From: an uncultured delta proteobacterium
GTDB lineage: Bacteria; Desulfobacterota; Binatia; UBA9968
Reading direction: 5' to 3'
DNA: 64,000 nt
NCBI GenBank assembly: GCA_963755715.1
Contig: CAVWLW010000007.1
Span: 9,411 to 73,410 of the forward strand
In this document: piece after piece, positions 11,359-22,755 of the stretch
Position numbering within the stretch: position 1 is the stretch's first letter
Layout: every line of letters begins with the position of its first letter
Made by a program: the position numbers and the translations under genes
The notes under the pieces: generated by a model
The model's database searches: none
Told to the model about the DNA's origin: nothing
Seen by the model: the letters and a program-made list of their open reading frames with translations, nothing else

Positions 11359-12831
11359 ATGGCAAAGCCACTGCCGGCCCAAGCCGCCGCTGAGACCCGC
11401 TGGCGGGACTTGCGCGAATGGCTCGCGCGGGTGGATGCGCTCGGTGAACTGAAACGAGTCACGGGCGCCAACTCCGAAGAAGATATCGGCGCCATCACCG
11501 AAATGCTCGATCATGCCGAGGGCAGCCCTTGTGTGCTCTTCGATGAGATTGCGAATTTCAAGCCGGGCTATCGCGTCCTGGTCAACAGCATGGGGTCGAC
11601 CAAACGGCAAGCCGTGACTTTGGGACTCGATCCCGCCGAAGCCTCTCATGATCGCTTGTTACAATTCTGGCGCGAGCGTTTGAAGGGCTTTGCGCCGATT
11701 CCGCCGGTCGTCGTCAAACGCGGAGCGGTTCAAGAAAATATTTTGCGCGATAACGACGTGGACTTAACGCGCTTCCCGGCGCCGATCTGGCACCCAGGCG
11801 ATGGCGGCCGGTACATCGGCACGGCGAGTTTCAATATCATGCGCGATCCCGACACCGGCAACATCAACGTCGGCACCTATCGCAATCAATTATTCGACAA
11901 GAACAGTATCGGCATCCGCGCCGCGCCGCCGCACCACGGCGGCATTATCAAGGAAAAATATATGCAGCGCGGCCAGCCCTGCCCTCTGGTCACCGTCGTC
12001 GGCAGCGATCCTCTGCTGTTTTTGGCTGCGTGCGTCGAAGGGCCGATCTATGGCCAGAGCGAGCTCGACTGGGCAGGCGGCGTGCGCGGTGAGCCCATTG
12101 AAGTCATCCAAGGCGAGCTCACCGGCCTGCCGATTCCGGCTCAAGCTGAAATCGCTCTCGAGGGTTTCATTACCACGGACCAATTTACCAAGGAGGGTCC
12201 CTACGGCGAATGGATGGGCTACTATCAGGACGGCTATCAAAAAGAGCGCGTCGTGCGCATTCAGCGGGTCTACCATCGTGACGATCCGATCATTCTCGGC
12301 TGTCCGCAGGGGAAGCCGCCGCACGAGGACAATCGCTTTCTGGTTTATCTGCGCTCCGGGATGATCTGGGACCAGTTAGAGAAAGCCGGGGTTCCCGGAG
12401 TGTGCGGCGTCTGGTGTCCACCCGAGGGCGGCAACCGCTTGATGACCGTCGTGGCGCTTCAGACTCAATACCTCGGCCATGCGAAACAAGCCGGCCTGAT
12501 CGCCTCGCAGTGCGGCGGCGGCATCGACATGAACCGGCTGACCGTGGTCGTCGACGATCACGTCGATGTCACCAGTATTCAAGACGTGGTCTGGGCGATT
12601 GTCGCGCGCTGTGATCCCGAACGGGGCGTCGAGATCATCAAAGACACGAAAGGCAGCCGGATCGACATGGCCATCGCGCCTGACCGGCGCGAGCTCAATG
12701 CCAACTCCCGTATGATCATCGATGCAACGACGCCATTCGCATGGAAACACCATCCGCTGGCCGGCGATATCATCAGCACTCCGGAGCGGAGCCGAAAAAT
12801 TCATGAAAAGTGGGGTTGGATACTGGAGTAA
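11359..12831 (+). CDS. UbiD-family (de)carboxylase 3, abutting UbiD 2 (TAG-ATG)
   Basis: DLREWL, RDPDTGNINVGTYR, KEGPYGEWMGYY, VVDDHVD...VVWAIVARCDP, IIDAT. Confidence 0.93.
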   Translation: MAKPLPAQAAAETRWRDLREWLARVDALGELKRVTGANSEEDIGAITEMLDHAEGSPCVLFDEIANFKPGYRVLVNSMGSTKRQAVTLGLDPAEASHDRLLQFWRERLKGFAPIPPVVVKRGAVQENILRDNDVDLTRFPAPIWHPGDGGRYIGTASFNIMRDPDTGNINVGTYRNQLFDKNSIGIRAAPPHHGGIIKEKYMQRGQPCPLVTVVGSDPLLFLAACVEGPIYGQSELDWAGGVRGEPIEVIQGELTGLPIPAQAEIALEGFITTDQFTKEGPYGEWMGYYQDGYQKERVVRIQRVYHRDDPIILGCPQGKPPHEDNRFLVYLRSGMIWDQLEKAGVPGVCGVWCPPEGGNRLMTVVALQTQYLGHAKQAGLIASQCGGGIDMNRLTVVVDDHVDVTSIQDVVWAIVARCDPERGVEIIKDTKGSRIDMAIAPDRRELNANSRMIIDATTPFAWKHHPLAGDIISTPERSRKIHEKWGWILE

Positions 12832-12864
12832 GCAGAAACCAGTCAACAGTGTGAGATTTAGATC

Positions 12865-13012
12865 TCTCCCTTGAGACTGTGTCGCAATAGCATAAGTCAC
12901 ATAAATGTCATTCTGAGCGCCAGCGAAGAATCTCGCATTTACTGTCGCTTACCAAGACGAGATCCTTCGGCTATCGCCTCAGGATGACATTGCGACAAAG
13001 TCTTTAGGGAGA
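12865..13012. repeat. Nested palindromic MITE/REP-like element
   Basis: Outer IR tctcccttgagactgtgtcgcaat / attgcgacaaagtctttagggaga; inner IRs atgtcattctgag / ctcaggatgacat and cgaagaatctcg / cgagatccttcg. Confidence 0.8.
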
Positions 13013-13080
13013 AGACGATGTAATACAGCGACAAATCGATTGGTCGTTTTTAGCGCACAATAGATCGGCGAGGAAAACAC

Positions 13081-15397
13081 ATGGCGGTTGGGCAAGCGAT
13101 CAGCATGGTGGACTCGCAACTGCGGGTGAGCGGCAGCATCGACTACACTTTGAACTTCGAATTGCCGCGCATGCTCCATGCCTGCATGCTGCGCAGTCCC
13201 CACGCGCACGCGCGCGTTGTCAAAGTCGATGCCTCGCGGGCGGCAAAACTACCCGGCGTAATCGCGGTCGCTGACGCGCGATGATCTGATCGGCGACCAC
13301 ATCGATCCCTACTTCGGTCTGATTCTTCAAGACCAAACACCGGTGGCACTGGATCGAGTCCGTTTTGTCGGCGAACCGGTGGCGGCCGTGGCCGCGCTGG
13401 ACGCCGATACCGCAGCAGAGGCGCTGGACCTGATCGACGTCGAATACGAGGAGTTGCCGGCGGTGTTCAACTCCGAAGAAGCCCTGAAGCCGGGCGCGCC
13501 ATTGCTCTACCCCGGGCCGCGTCGAGTCATTCCCGGCCGCCCCGATGTCACTGCGCGTTCTCTGCAAGGAACGAACATCGTACATCTCTTCAAGCAACGT
13601 AAGGGCGATCTCGATCAAGGTTTTCGCGAATCCGAGCAAATTTTCGAAAACACCTACAATTCGCCTGCGGTCAATCACGTCGCACTCGAACCCCACGTCG
13701 TCGTTGCCCAGGTCGCCGACGGTCGCATCACCGTCTGGACGTGCAATCAGAATCCCCATGTCATCCAGCGCCAATTGGCGGGCATATTCAAAGTTCCCAT
13801 CGCCGACGTGCGCGTGATCGTGTTTACGCTCGGCGGCGGGTTTGGCGGCAAGCTCAATTCCAAACTGGAACCAGCCGCGGTGATCTTGGCCAAGAAAACC
13901 GGCAGGCCGGTTCGCATTGTGGCTCAGCGCGCCGAATGCTTTTTGCTCGGCGTCCAGCATGAATGCACGATCAAGCTTAAAACCGGAGTCAAACGGGACG
14001 GCACTTTGATGGCGGTGCAAGCGCTCTGCTACTACAACTCCGGTGCTTACGGCGACACATCGCCCAATTTGATTACCCGCGGCTATGCCGCCACCGGGCC
14101 CTATCGCGTGCCTCATCTCTACATGGATTCCTACGGCGTCTACACCAACACCGCGCCGTCCGCGGCATTTCGAGGCTATGGAATTACCCAGGTGGCATGG
14201 GCCCATGAGACCCAGATGGATATCATCGCCGATGCGTTGGCGATCGATCCGATTGAGTTGAGGCTCAAAAATGTTTTGCAAAAGGGCGACTCTTTTACCA
14301 CCGGTGAGCCGATGCCGGAAATGCACTACAACGAACTGATCGCTTCGGCGGTTGAAAAAATCGGTTGGAACAAGGGTCCGCTGGTGGTGCGTCACGACAA
14401 TAAGATCCGCGCCAAAGGCATCGGCGTCATCGTCAAAGGCATGGCCACGCCGACGACATCGACGTCTACGGTCAAGCTCAACGCGGACGGCAGTTTAAAC
14501 GTTCTCACCAGCTCCGTGGAGATGGGTCAGGGATTAAAAACCGCCCTGGCGCAGATCGCCGCCAGCGAGATTGGCCTGCCGGTGGAACGAGTGCGCATTT
14601 CCGAGCCCGACACCGCCTTCACTCCCTTCGATCTAATGACCGCGGCAAGCCGCGCGACATTTTGCATGGGCAACGCGATTCGCCACGCGATCGAGGACGT
14701 CAAGCTTCAACTGCGCGACATCGCGGCCGCTCATCTCGAAGCGAACCGGGAAGACCTGGTGTTGCAGGACGGCAAGATCATGGTCCGCGGCGTTTCCGGC
14801 AAATCGCTCTCCTACGTGGATGCGATTCGCATGAGCAAGGCGAATAATCTTTTGGGACACGGCGTTTTCGTTTCGGGATCGGGCCCGGACGGCAGCCCGG
14901 TGGTCATGGACTTCGAGACCGGCCAGGGTTACGGCTCAGCCGAGTGGCATCCCGCAGTGGTCGTCTGCGAAGTGGAAGTCGATACGGAAACCGGACAAGT
15001 CACCGTGCCGCGCATCCACGCCGAGCTTTACGCCGGCAAAATAATCAATCCGCGCCTTTGCGAGTTGCAGATCGAGGGGGCGACGACCTTCGGCCTCGGC
15101 CAAGTGCTGTTCGAGGAAGTGCTCCAAGACACCAATGGGAGCATTACCAATCCGAATCTTTCGGACTATATGATCCCCTCTTTTGAAGATGTGCCGGCTG
15201 AGTTGACTGTTCATATGCTGGAGCCGCACGGCGTAACCGATGTCCATGGGGTCGGCGAAACCGCCATCCCTCCGGCGCGACCGGCGATCGGTAACGCGAT
15301 TAGCCGGGCGGTGGGTTGCCATTTTCTCGATTTACCGATCACCCCAGAGAAAGTCCTGCGCGCTTTGAACCAACAAAAACTCACGAGTAAAAGATAA
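13081..15397 (+). CDS. Xanthine dehydrogenase-family molybdopterin large subunit L1 (frameshift ~13270)
   Basis: LRSPHAHAR, GGGFGGK, AAFRGYG, EMGQG, HGVGE. Confidence 0.93.
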
Positions 15398-15408
15398 GAC
15401 CAACGAAT

Positions 15409-16272
15409 ATGCGGAATATAAAACTCTTGCAGCCGGCCGAGCTTGACGAGGCGGTGGCCCTCCTCGCCGCGGCGAACGAGGAAGCGAAGATTATCGCAGG
15501 CGGTACGGCGCTGGTTATTATGCTGCGCAATCGCCTCATCGCCCCCGCAACTCTGATTAGCCTGGGACGGTTACAGGAGCTGCGCAGCATCCGCCACGAG
15601 CCTGGCACCGGCCTCAGAATCGGCGCATTGACGACCGTTCGTGAAACCGAAATGTCGCCGGTAGTCCGGGAACATAACCCTATGCTGGCACAAGCCTTCG
15701 GCAAGGTTGGCAACGTCCGCGTGCGCCATGCCGCCACGGTCGGTGGCAATTTAAGCGAGGCTGATTACGCGTCCGATCCGCCTTGCGCTTTAGTGGCGCT
15801 GCGAGCAAGGGTGAAAGCTCGAAGCGTTCGAGGCGAACGAGAGATACCGTTGACGGATCTTTTCAAAAATTTCTACGAGACTGCGTTGGCGTCCGATGAA
15901 ATCCTTACCGAGCTGATTGTTCCCGATCCGGCGCCCGGAAGCCGCGCAACGTACCTCAAGTTCATTTCGCGATCCTCTGAGGATCGCCCCTGCGTCGGTA
16001 TGGCGGTTGTCCTGGAGAACGAATCCGACGGCACCTGCAAAAATTTGCGTTTGGTTGCCGGAGCAGTAGCGGAAATCCCCCAAGAGATTGCCGCCGCAGA
16101 AGCGCTCGCCCACGGCAAGCGTTTGACCGATGATCTCATCACAGAGATTGCCGAAGCCTACGCCGCAAGCATCGAACCGCTATCCGATCTCCGTGGCTCC
16201 GCCTGGTATCGCAAACAAATCATTGCCGTCCTAGCGCGACGGGCTTTGAAGCAAGCTCTCGCGGACAGTTAG
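15409..16272 (+). CDS. FAD-binding medium subunit (CoxM/XdhB-like)
   Basis: IAGGTAL, RIGALT, ATVGGNL, SDLRGSAWYR. Confidence 0.93.
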   Translation: MRNIKLLQPAELDEAVALLAAANEEAKIIAGGTALVIMLRNRLIAPATLISLGRLQELRSIRHEPGTGLRIGALTTVRETEMSPVVREHNPMLAQAFGKVGNVRVRHAATVGGNLSEADYASDPPCALVALRARVKARSVRGEREIPLTDLFKNFYETALASDEILTELIVPDPAPGSRATYLKFISRSSEDRPCVGMAVVLENESDGTCKNLRLVAGAVAEIPQEIAAAEALAHGKRLTDDLITEIAEAYAASIEPLSDLRGSAWYRKQIIAVLARRALKQALADS

Positions 16273-16284
16273 CGGAGCCGGAGA

Positions 16285-18613
16285 ATGGAGATGTCCGCCG
16301 TCGGCCAAAGTCACTCCATGCTGGACGCGCAGGAACGCGTTTCCGGGCGGATCGATTATGCGCTCAACGTCGAATTGCCGGGAATGCTGGTAGGAAGAAT
16401 CTTGCGCAGCCCTTTGCCGCACGCTCGAATCGTGGCGCTGGACACGACGCGCGCCGACCGGCTCGCGGGAGTCGGCGCGGTGCTGAGCCGCGACGATTTT
16501 GGTTTGACCTCCGGCTATTCCGGCACGTACGGGCGAATCTTTCGCGACCAGTCGGTAGTCGCGTTGGACAAAGTTCGCTTTGTCGGCGATCCGGTGGCGG
16601 CCGTGGCGGCGGTGAACGAGGATGTCGCCGAAGAAGCGCTAGCGCTTATTCGCCTCGATTACGAAGAACTGCCCGCGGTCTTCGATGAAGAGGAAGCGCT
16701 CAAGCCCGGCGCGCCGCTGGTCCATGATCCCCGGCCCCAGCAGCAGCCGGCGTTCAGCAAGCTAATCCAAGATCTTCCGCCCGGCACTAATGTGTGCAGC
16801 CATTTCAAACTCCGCCGTGGCGATGTCGAATCCGGCTTTCGCGAATCTGATTTTATTTTTGAAGATATCTTTCGTTCGCCGGCTGCTCAGCACGTTGCGC
16901 TCGAGCCTCACGTAACGGTCGCGCAATTTGTTGAGGGCAAACTGACGCTGTGGACCTCGACGCAGATGCCGCACGCGGTTCGTGCGCAAATGGCCGAGCT
17001 TTTCAATCTGCCGCAGTCCCGCGTCCGGGTGATCGTCGAGACTTTGGGGGGCGGTTTCGGTTCGAAAGGTTCGCTCCGGCTGGAGCCGATCACTGCGTTC
17101 TTGGCGCTGAAGTCGAAGCGGCCGGTGAAGATCGTGCTTAGCAGAGAAGAAGAGTTTGTCACCGTGTGCAAACACCCGGCGACCATTCGCATCAAGACCG
17201 GCGTGATGAAAGACGGCACGCTGGTGGCGCGACAGGTTACCGCGAATTTTAATACCGGAGCGTACAGCGATATCGGCCCGGTGGTGGCGCGCAACGGTGG
17301 CTCGGCCATGTCGGGCCCGTACAAGATTCCCCATGTGCGGATCGACTCTTTTGCGGTATGGTCCAACGTCGTGCCGGCGGGAGCGCTGCGCGGCTTCGGC
17401 GTGCCGCAGGCCGTGTGGGGGTACGAAACTCAAATGGACGAGATCGCCGAGCGTCTCGGTCTCGATCCGGTGGAACTCCGCCGGAAAAATTTGTTGCGGG
17501 ACGGCGACTTGTTCGCCACCGGCGAAACATTGACCGGTATGCACTACGACGAGCTTCTGGAACGGGCCACGGCATCAATAAACTGGTCGCCGAGCGACGC
17601 TCGCTGGCTCAGCCAAAGTGACTCTCAAAGCGAGCATAGGCCGGTGCGCCGCGGCAAGGGACTGGCGTTGGTGATCAAGGCGACGATTACGCCATCGACT
17701 TCAGCGGCTGCGCTGAAACTCAACGAAGACGGCAGCCTCAATGTTTTGACCAGCAGCGTCGAGCTGGGCCAGGGGGCAAAAACCGTGTTGGCACAAATCG
17801 CCGCGAGCGCCATGCAAGTGCCGCTCGGCTGCGTTTCAGTTTCGCACCCCGACACCGATCTTACCCCCTACGATCAGCAGACCAGTTCAAGCCGGACGAC
17901 TTATTCCATGGGCGGCGCCATTGGCAAAGCCGCCGCCGATCTCAAGCGGCAACTCTTCGAGTACGCCGCAGAGTTGCTCGAAGTATCGTTGAATGATCTC
18001 ATTCTGGAAGAAGGCAGAGTAGCGGTCCGAGGCAGCCCGAGCCGTTCAATCAGTTACGGCGACGTTGCGCTGCGCAGCAATCAAGGCAACCTGATCGGAC
18101 GCGGCGCGTTCAGCACGCGCGGAGGTTTGGACCTGGAGACCGGTCAGGGTATCGGTTCGGTGCACTGGCATCAGGGTGCGATCGGCTGCGAATTGGAAGT
18201 CGATATCGAAACCGGCAAGATCACAGTCCTCCGGTTGACTCCGGTTGTCTTCGCCGGGCGGGTCGTCAATCCTCGGTTATGCGAATTGCAACTGGAGGGC
18301 TCTGCGATTTTCGGTCTCGGCCAAGCCCTATTCGAGGAAATGACTTACGACGATCATGGCCAAGTCATCAACGCCAACTTAGGCGATTACAATATTCCGT
18401 CCTTCGAGGACATTCCATGGCGAGGTCAATTCGTGCGCGCTGGAAGACGCTGGATCGGCGGACCTCCACGGCCTCGGCGAGACCTTGCTGCCGCCGGTTA
18501 TGGCGGCCATTGGCATCGCACTGCACAACGCCACCGGCGTGCGCCTTCGCCATCTCCCTCTCACCGCTGAAAAGATTTTGCTCGCGCTGCACAATGGTGC
18601 TGCCGGCGGTTAA
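16285..18613 (+). CDS. Xanthine dehydrogenase-family molybdopterin large subunit L2 (frameshift ~18420)
   Basis: LRSPLPHAR, GGGFGSK, GALRGFG, ELGQG; after the shift LHGLGETLLPP...LPLTAEKIL, TAA ending at 18613. Confidence 0.92.
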
Positions 18614-18633
18614 AACGCGCATTGAGGAAGCCC

Positions 18634-19134
18634 ATGAAACAAATCATCAAACTCAAAGTCAACGGCGTTGAAGATGAGCATGCAGTGCACACCCATCAAA
18701 CGCTGCTCGAGGTACTGCGCGGCGAGCACAAACTGCTTGGCGCGCGCGAGGGTTGCGGCATCGGCATGTGCGGCGCGTGCACGGTGCTGATCGACGGCAA
18801 ACCGATAAGCTCGTGCATTCTTCTGGCGGCCCTGGCCGAAGGCAAAGAGATCGTCACGATCGAGGGATTGACCGATCCAGGCAAGCTCCATCCGATTCAG
18901 CAGGCTTTCGTGGATCACAACGCTTTTCAATGTTCCTATTGCACGCCCGGATTTATCTTGAGCACGAAAGCCCTCCTGGAGGAGAACCCAAGCCCGACCG
19001 TAGAGCAAATCCGCCATTACTTAGCGGGAAATCTCTGCCGCTGCGGCAGCTACTACAAAATTCAGGATGCCGTGCTGGACGCCGCGACGCGATTGCGCGC
19101 CGCAGGCGCCAACCCGGCGCGCACGACATCGTAG
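18634..19134 (+). CDS. 2Fe-2S small subunit (CoxS/XdhC-like)
   Basis: GCGIGMCGACTV, QCSYCTPG, NLCRCG. Confidence 0.95.
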   Translation: MKQIIKLKVNGVEDEHAVHTHQTLLEVLRGEHKLLGAREGCGIGMCGACTVLIDGKPISSCILLAALAEGKEIVTIEGLTDPGKLHPIQQAFVDHNAFQCSYCTPGFILSTKALLEENPSPTVEQIRHYLAGNLCRCGSYYKIQDAVLDAATRLRAAGANPARTTS

Positions 19135-19261
19135 AACAGCATCTGCCGGAAAAATAAACTTCATGATTTGCGTTGGTAAGGACTTAACCGCTCGAAGCGA
19201 TCGAATTATTAGCTCACTCATGGCGATCTTAGTCAAAGCGAAGTCTGCAGGAGGATATCCG

Positions 19262-20260
19262 ATGAAGAGAATTTATTTTCCGATCTTGGCGATGTTTTTG
19301 TTTGTGACTGTAGCGCGAGGCGCGGAAGTGGAGGTGTTGAAGCCGAAGGGCAATCTCGAGATCAAGCTGGGCCATCCCTCATCGATTTCACTCTACGATA
19401 TGCCGGCGATATTGACCCGTGAACGGTTGAATCGAAACGGCTGGAACGTGTCCAGTGTCGAGTTTACCCGCACCGATCTCAACGTCCAGGCCTTGGCGCA
19501 AGGAACGATTCAGTTCGCCAACTCGCAGGTCATGGATCCCGTGCGCGCAACTCAAAAAGGCGCCAAGCTCGCTTTCATTATGGAGAACAACGGCGGCGAG
19601 TTCTTGATGGTTGCCAAAAACGACATCAAAGATTGCAAGGACACCGACGGCAAGAGATTCGCGATCCATGGAGAAGCGGCGACCACCTCGCTCGCGGTCA
19701 AACTATGGCTGCTCAACGATTGTAAGGTTAAGCCAAATATCATGGTGATCCCGGGCGGCGAAAACCGCATCATCGCGCTGCAGAACAATCAGATCGACGC
19801 CACCCTGGTTCAGCTTGGCGACTGGCTGAATCTTGATGCCAAGGCGCCGGGCCGCTATCACATCATTAAAACCGGCAGCCTTTTCAATATCAGCGGCGCC
19901 AGTTTTTGGGCGAATGTGGATTGGCTGCGCAAAAACGAAGAGGTTGCGACGGCCTATATCGCCGAAGTACTGAAAAGCTTCCGCATGGTTCATGCGAATC
20001 CCAAAATACTGGAACCTCTGGTCGCAAAGCATCTGCCCGATATGCCGAAAGAGATCATTCCCGCTGCGATCAAGGGCTATATCGAGATTGTCCGCGCATG
20101 GCCGCAAAACGGCGGCGACACCTCGATTCTCGACGACACGGTCAAATTTTTTACCGACAATGGCGAGCTAAAGACCGCGGTGAACACAAAGGAACTCGTC
20201 GATTCGAAAATTCTCGCTGGCGCGCTGAACAAAGTCGGCAAAATCGCCGGCGCGCGGTAG
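19262..20260 (+). CDS. NitT/TauT ABC solute-binding protein
   Basis: GGAGG RBS, signal peptide MKRIYFPILAMFLFVTVARG; directly upstream of permease/ATPase genes. Confidence 0.88.
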   Translation: MKRIYFPILAMFLFVTVARGAEVEVLKPKGNLEIKLGHPSSISLYDMPAILTRERLNRNGWNVSSVEFTRTDLNVQALAQGTIQFANSQVMDPVRATQKGAKLAFIMENNGGEFLMVAKNDIKDCKDTDGKRFAIHGEAATTSLAVKLWLLNDCKVKPNIMVIPGGENRIIALQNNQIDATLVQLGDWLNLDAKAPGRYHIIKTGSLFNISGASFWANVDWLRKNEEVATAYIAEVLKSFRMVHANPKILEPLVAKHLPDMPKEIIPAAIKGYIEIVRAWPQNGGDTSILDDTVKFFTDNGELKTAVNTKELVDSKILAGALNKVGKIAGAR

Positions 20261-20335
20261 AGAAATGAATCATCGTACTTCCGCGCCCCTCAAATATCGG
20301 CGACCGTCCGGTTCATCCGCGGTGTCGCAGCTTGA

Positions 20336-21124
20336 ATGAAAAAAAATAACCTGTTGAAGAAACCAATCGTCGTCGATTGGAGCCTCAGGCTCGCAGTTTT
20401 TATCGCGGCGGTTGGGGTGTGGGAGCTGTTTGTCGGCACCGCGCAAAACTTTCTTTTACCCCGTTTCACCGAGGTGGCAAAGGGGCTGTTTTATTTATTG
20501 TTTTCCGAAAGCAGATTTTGGGAGGCGCTTTATATCAGTAATCAGGCGCTCATTTTAGGATTCGTCATCTCAGTAATTATAGGTATTCCGTTAGGTCTGC
20601 TCGCCGGACGATTCCACTGGATGGATCGCGTTCTCAATCCCTATGTCGGCGTGCTGTTGACCATGCCGGTGGCGCCGCTGATCCCGATCGTGATCATCGC
20701 GTTGGGGTTGGGAATCGCCGCGCGAGTGTTCATCGTCGTTCTGTTTGCTTTCGTGTTCATCACCGTGAATACGCGCGCCGGTGTGCGCGGTGTGGAAGCC
20801 TCACTCATCGAAATGGCCAAATCCTTCGGCGCCAGCGAGGCCCAGATCTGGCGCAGGATCGTCATACCCGGAGCGATGCCGGCCATCTTTGCCGGTATGC
20901 GCATCGGTCTCGGCCGAGCCATCACCGGCATGGTGATGGTCGAGCTGCTCTTGGTCGCCAGCGGTTTAGGCCGCTTATTGCTGGAATTCTCCGGCCGCAT
21001 GCAGTCGGATCTTGTCTTCGCCACGGTGCTGACCGTCATTATTGAAGCATTGGCCTTGCTGGCGGGCATGCAAGCATTGGAAAAAAGAATTACCCGTTGG
21101 GCGCCGGACATCTCGATTGGATAG
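20336..21124 (+). CDS. NitT/TauT ABC permease
   Basis: Hydrophobic helices; EAA loop LIEMAKSFGASEAQIWRRIVIP. Confidence 0.93.
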   Translation: MKKNNLLKKPIVVDWSLRLAVFIAAVGVWELFVGTAQNFLLPRFTEVAKGLFYLLFSESRFWEALYISNQALILGFVISVIIGIPLGLLAGRFHWMDRVLNPYVGVLLTMPVAPLIPIVIIALGLGIAARVFIVVLFAFVFITVNTRAGVRGVEASLIEMAKSFGASEAQIWRRIVIPGAMPAIFAGMRIGLGRAITGMVMVELLLVASGLGRLLLEFSGRMQSDLVFATVLTVIIEALALLAGMQALEKRITRWAPDISIG

Positions 21125-21133
21125 CTGGGTGAA

Positions 21134-21905
21134 ATGATCAGGGTCCGCGCGTTGAGCAAGGAGTTTGGCATGCGCGATAACGGCGCCGGCGTCCTTGCGC
21201 TCAGTGACATCGACTTCGAAGTCAATGACAATGAATTCGTCACCATCATCGGTCCAAGCGGTTGTGGTAAGACCACGCTGCTGCGTATCATCGCCGGACT
21301 GATTCCCTACGACCAGGGCGAAGTGGCTATCGACGGCCGTGCGGTTACCGGACCCGGACCGGAACGCGCGGTGGTGTTTCAGAACTTCGCGTTATTGCCG
21401 TGGGCTGACGTGCTTGCCAACATAACTTTTGGGCTTGAAGTCCGCGGCACGCCCATGGATGAATGCCAAAACACAGCGCGGCATCTCATCAAGCTCGTCG
21501 GCCTCGAAGGTTTCGAGAAACGCCTGCCCAAAGAGCTGTCGGGGGGAATGCAGCAGCGCGTCGGCCTTGCCCGAGCGTTGGCGGTCAACCCGCGGATTCT
21601 ACTCATGGACGAACCCTTTGGCGCCTTGGACGAGCAAACGCGCCGGCTGCTGCAGGAACAACTGCTGCTGCTTTGGGAAGAACAACGAAAAACCGTCGTA
21701 TTTGTCACGCACAGCATGGATGAAGCGGTCATGCTTGGCGATCGCGTCATGCTGATGACGCCGCGTCCTGGTCAGCGTCAAGGAAATGATCGATGTGCCG
21801 CTGCAGAGACCGCGCTCGCCGCAAGTGGAAAAATCCGGCGCCTTTGTCGAGATCAAAGAATATCTTTGGGAGAACCTCCGTGCCATGCAGGTTGGTGAAT
21901 CGTGA
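21134..21905 (+). CDS. NitT/TauT ABC ATP-binding protein (frameshift ~21775)
   Basis: GPSGCGKT, LSGGMQQR, MDEPF, VTH; the corrected frame ends at TGA 21905, overlapping the next GTG start. Confidence 0.95.
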
Positions 21906-22723
21906 AACAGCAGGCTGTCGCGAAAGCTGCCGGCAAATCAAGCGCCGCGCCAACGGTTGATAGATTCCGCGTCCTGCGGCGATTCACCCGCGAAAACGCC
22001 CCTGAAGTTTTGGCGCTTCTCGGCGGAGCCGCGCTTTGGGAGTTCTTGGGTTGGAGCCTGGGGCTGCAGTGGTTACCGCCGTTTTCGAAAGTGATGGAAG
22101 CGCTCGCACAGTTCGTCGGCAGCGGAGTCATTCTCGCCAACCTGGGATCGAGCTTGCGAGGATTGATCGTCGGCTTCAGCCTCGCTTTGATTCTGGGACT
22201 CGTTCTGGGCTCACTCATGGGTCGTTATCGCCATGTTGAAAAAGCTCTCGATATTTATGTGCACGCGCTCTTTGTCTGCCCGTCGATCGTGTTCGCGCCG
22301 GTCTTCTTCGCGATCTTCGGCCTATCCGACATGGCGCGCATCGCCATCATCGTGGTTTATGCCATGTTCGTCATTGTCATCAATACTGCGACTGCGATTC
22401 GCACGGTCGATCCGTCGCTGGTCGAGATGGCGCGCTCGTTCGGCTGCGGTGAGGCTCAGATCTTCAGGAGAATATTATTGCCCGCGTCTTTACCGCTGGT
22501 GTTCGCCGGCATCCGCCTCGGCGTAGGGCGCGCGGTCAAGGGAATGATCAATGGTGAGATGCTCATCGCCTTTGTCGGCCTCGGCGCGCTGGCGCAGCGC
22601 TACGGCGCTCAGTTTGATGCCGCCAAAGTATTTGCTATTGCAATGGTTGTCCTTATAATCGGCCTCGTCAGCAACGCGCTTGTCCAAATGCTCGATAATC
22701 GGCTGACGCGCTGGGCAGGCTAA
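21902..22723 (+). CDS. NitT/TauT ABC permease
   Basis: EAA loop LVEMARSFGCGEAQIFRRILLP; multiple TM segments. Confidence 0.93.
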   Translation: MKQQAVAKAAGKSSAAPTVDRFRVLRRFTRENAPEVLALLGGAALWEFLGWSLGLQWLPPFSKVMEALAQFVGSGVILANLGSSLRGLIVGFSLALILGLVLGSLMGRYRHVEKALDIYVHALFVCPSIVFAPVFFAIFGLSDMARIAIIVVYAMFVIVINTATAIRTVDPSLVEMARSFGCGEAQIFRRILLPASLPLVFAGIRLGVGRAVKGMINGEMLIAFVGLGALAQRYGAQFDAAKVFAIAMVVLIIGLVSNALVQMLDNRLTRWAG

Positions 22724-22755
22724 ATCCATTCATAAATCTTTTTCCAGGCAAGAAA

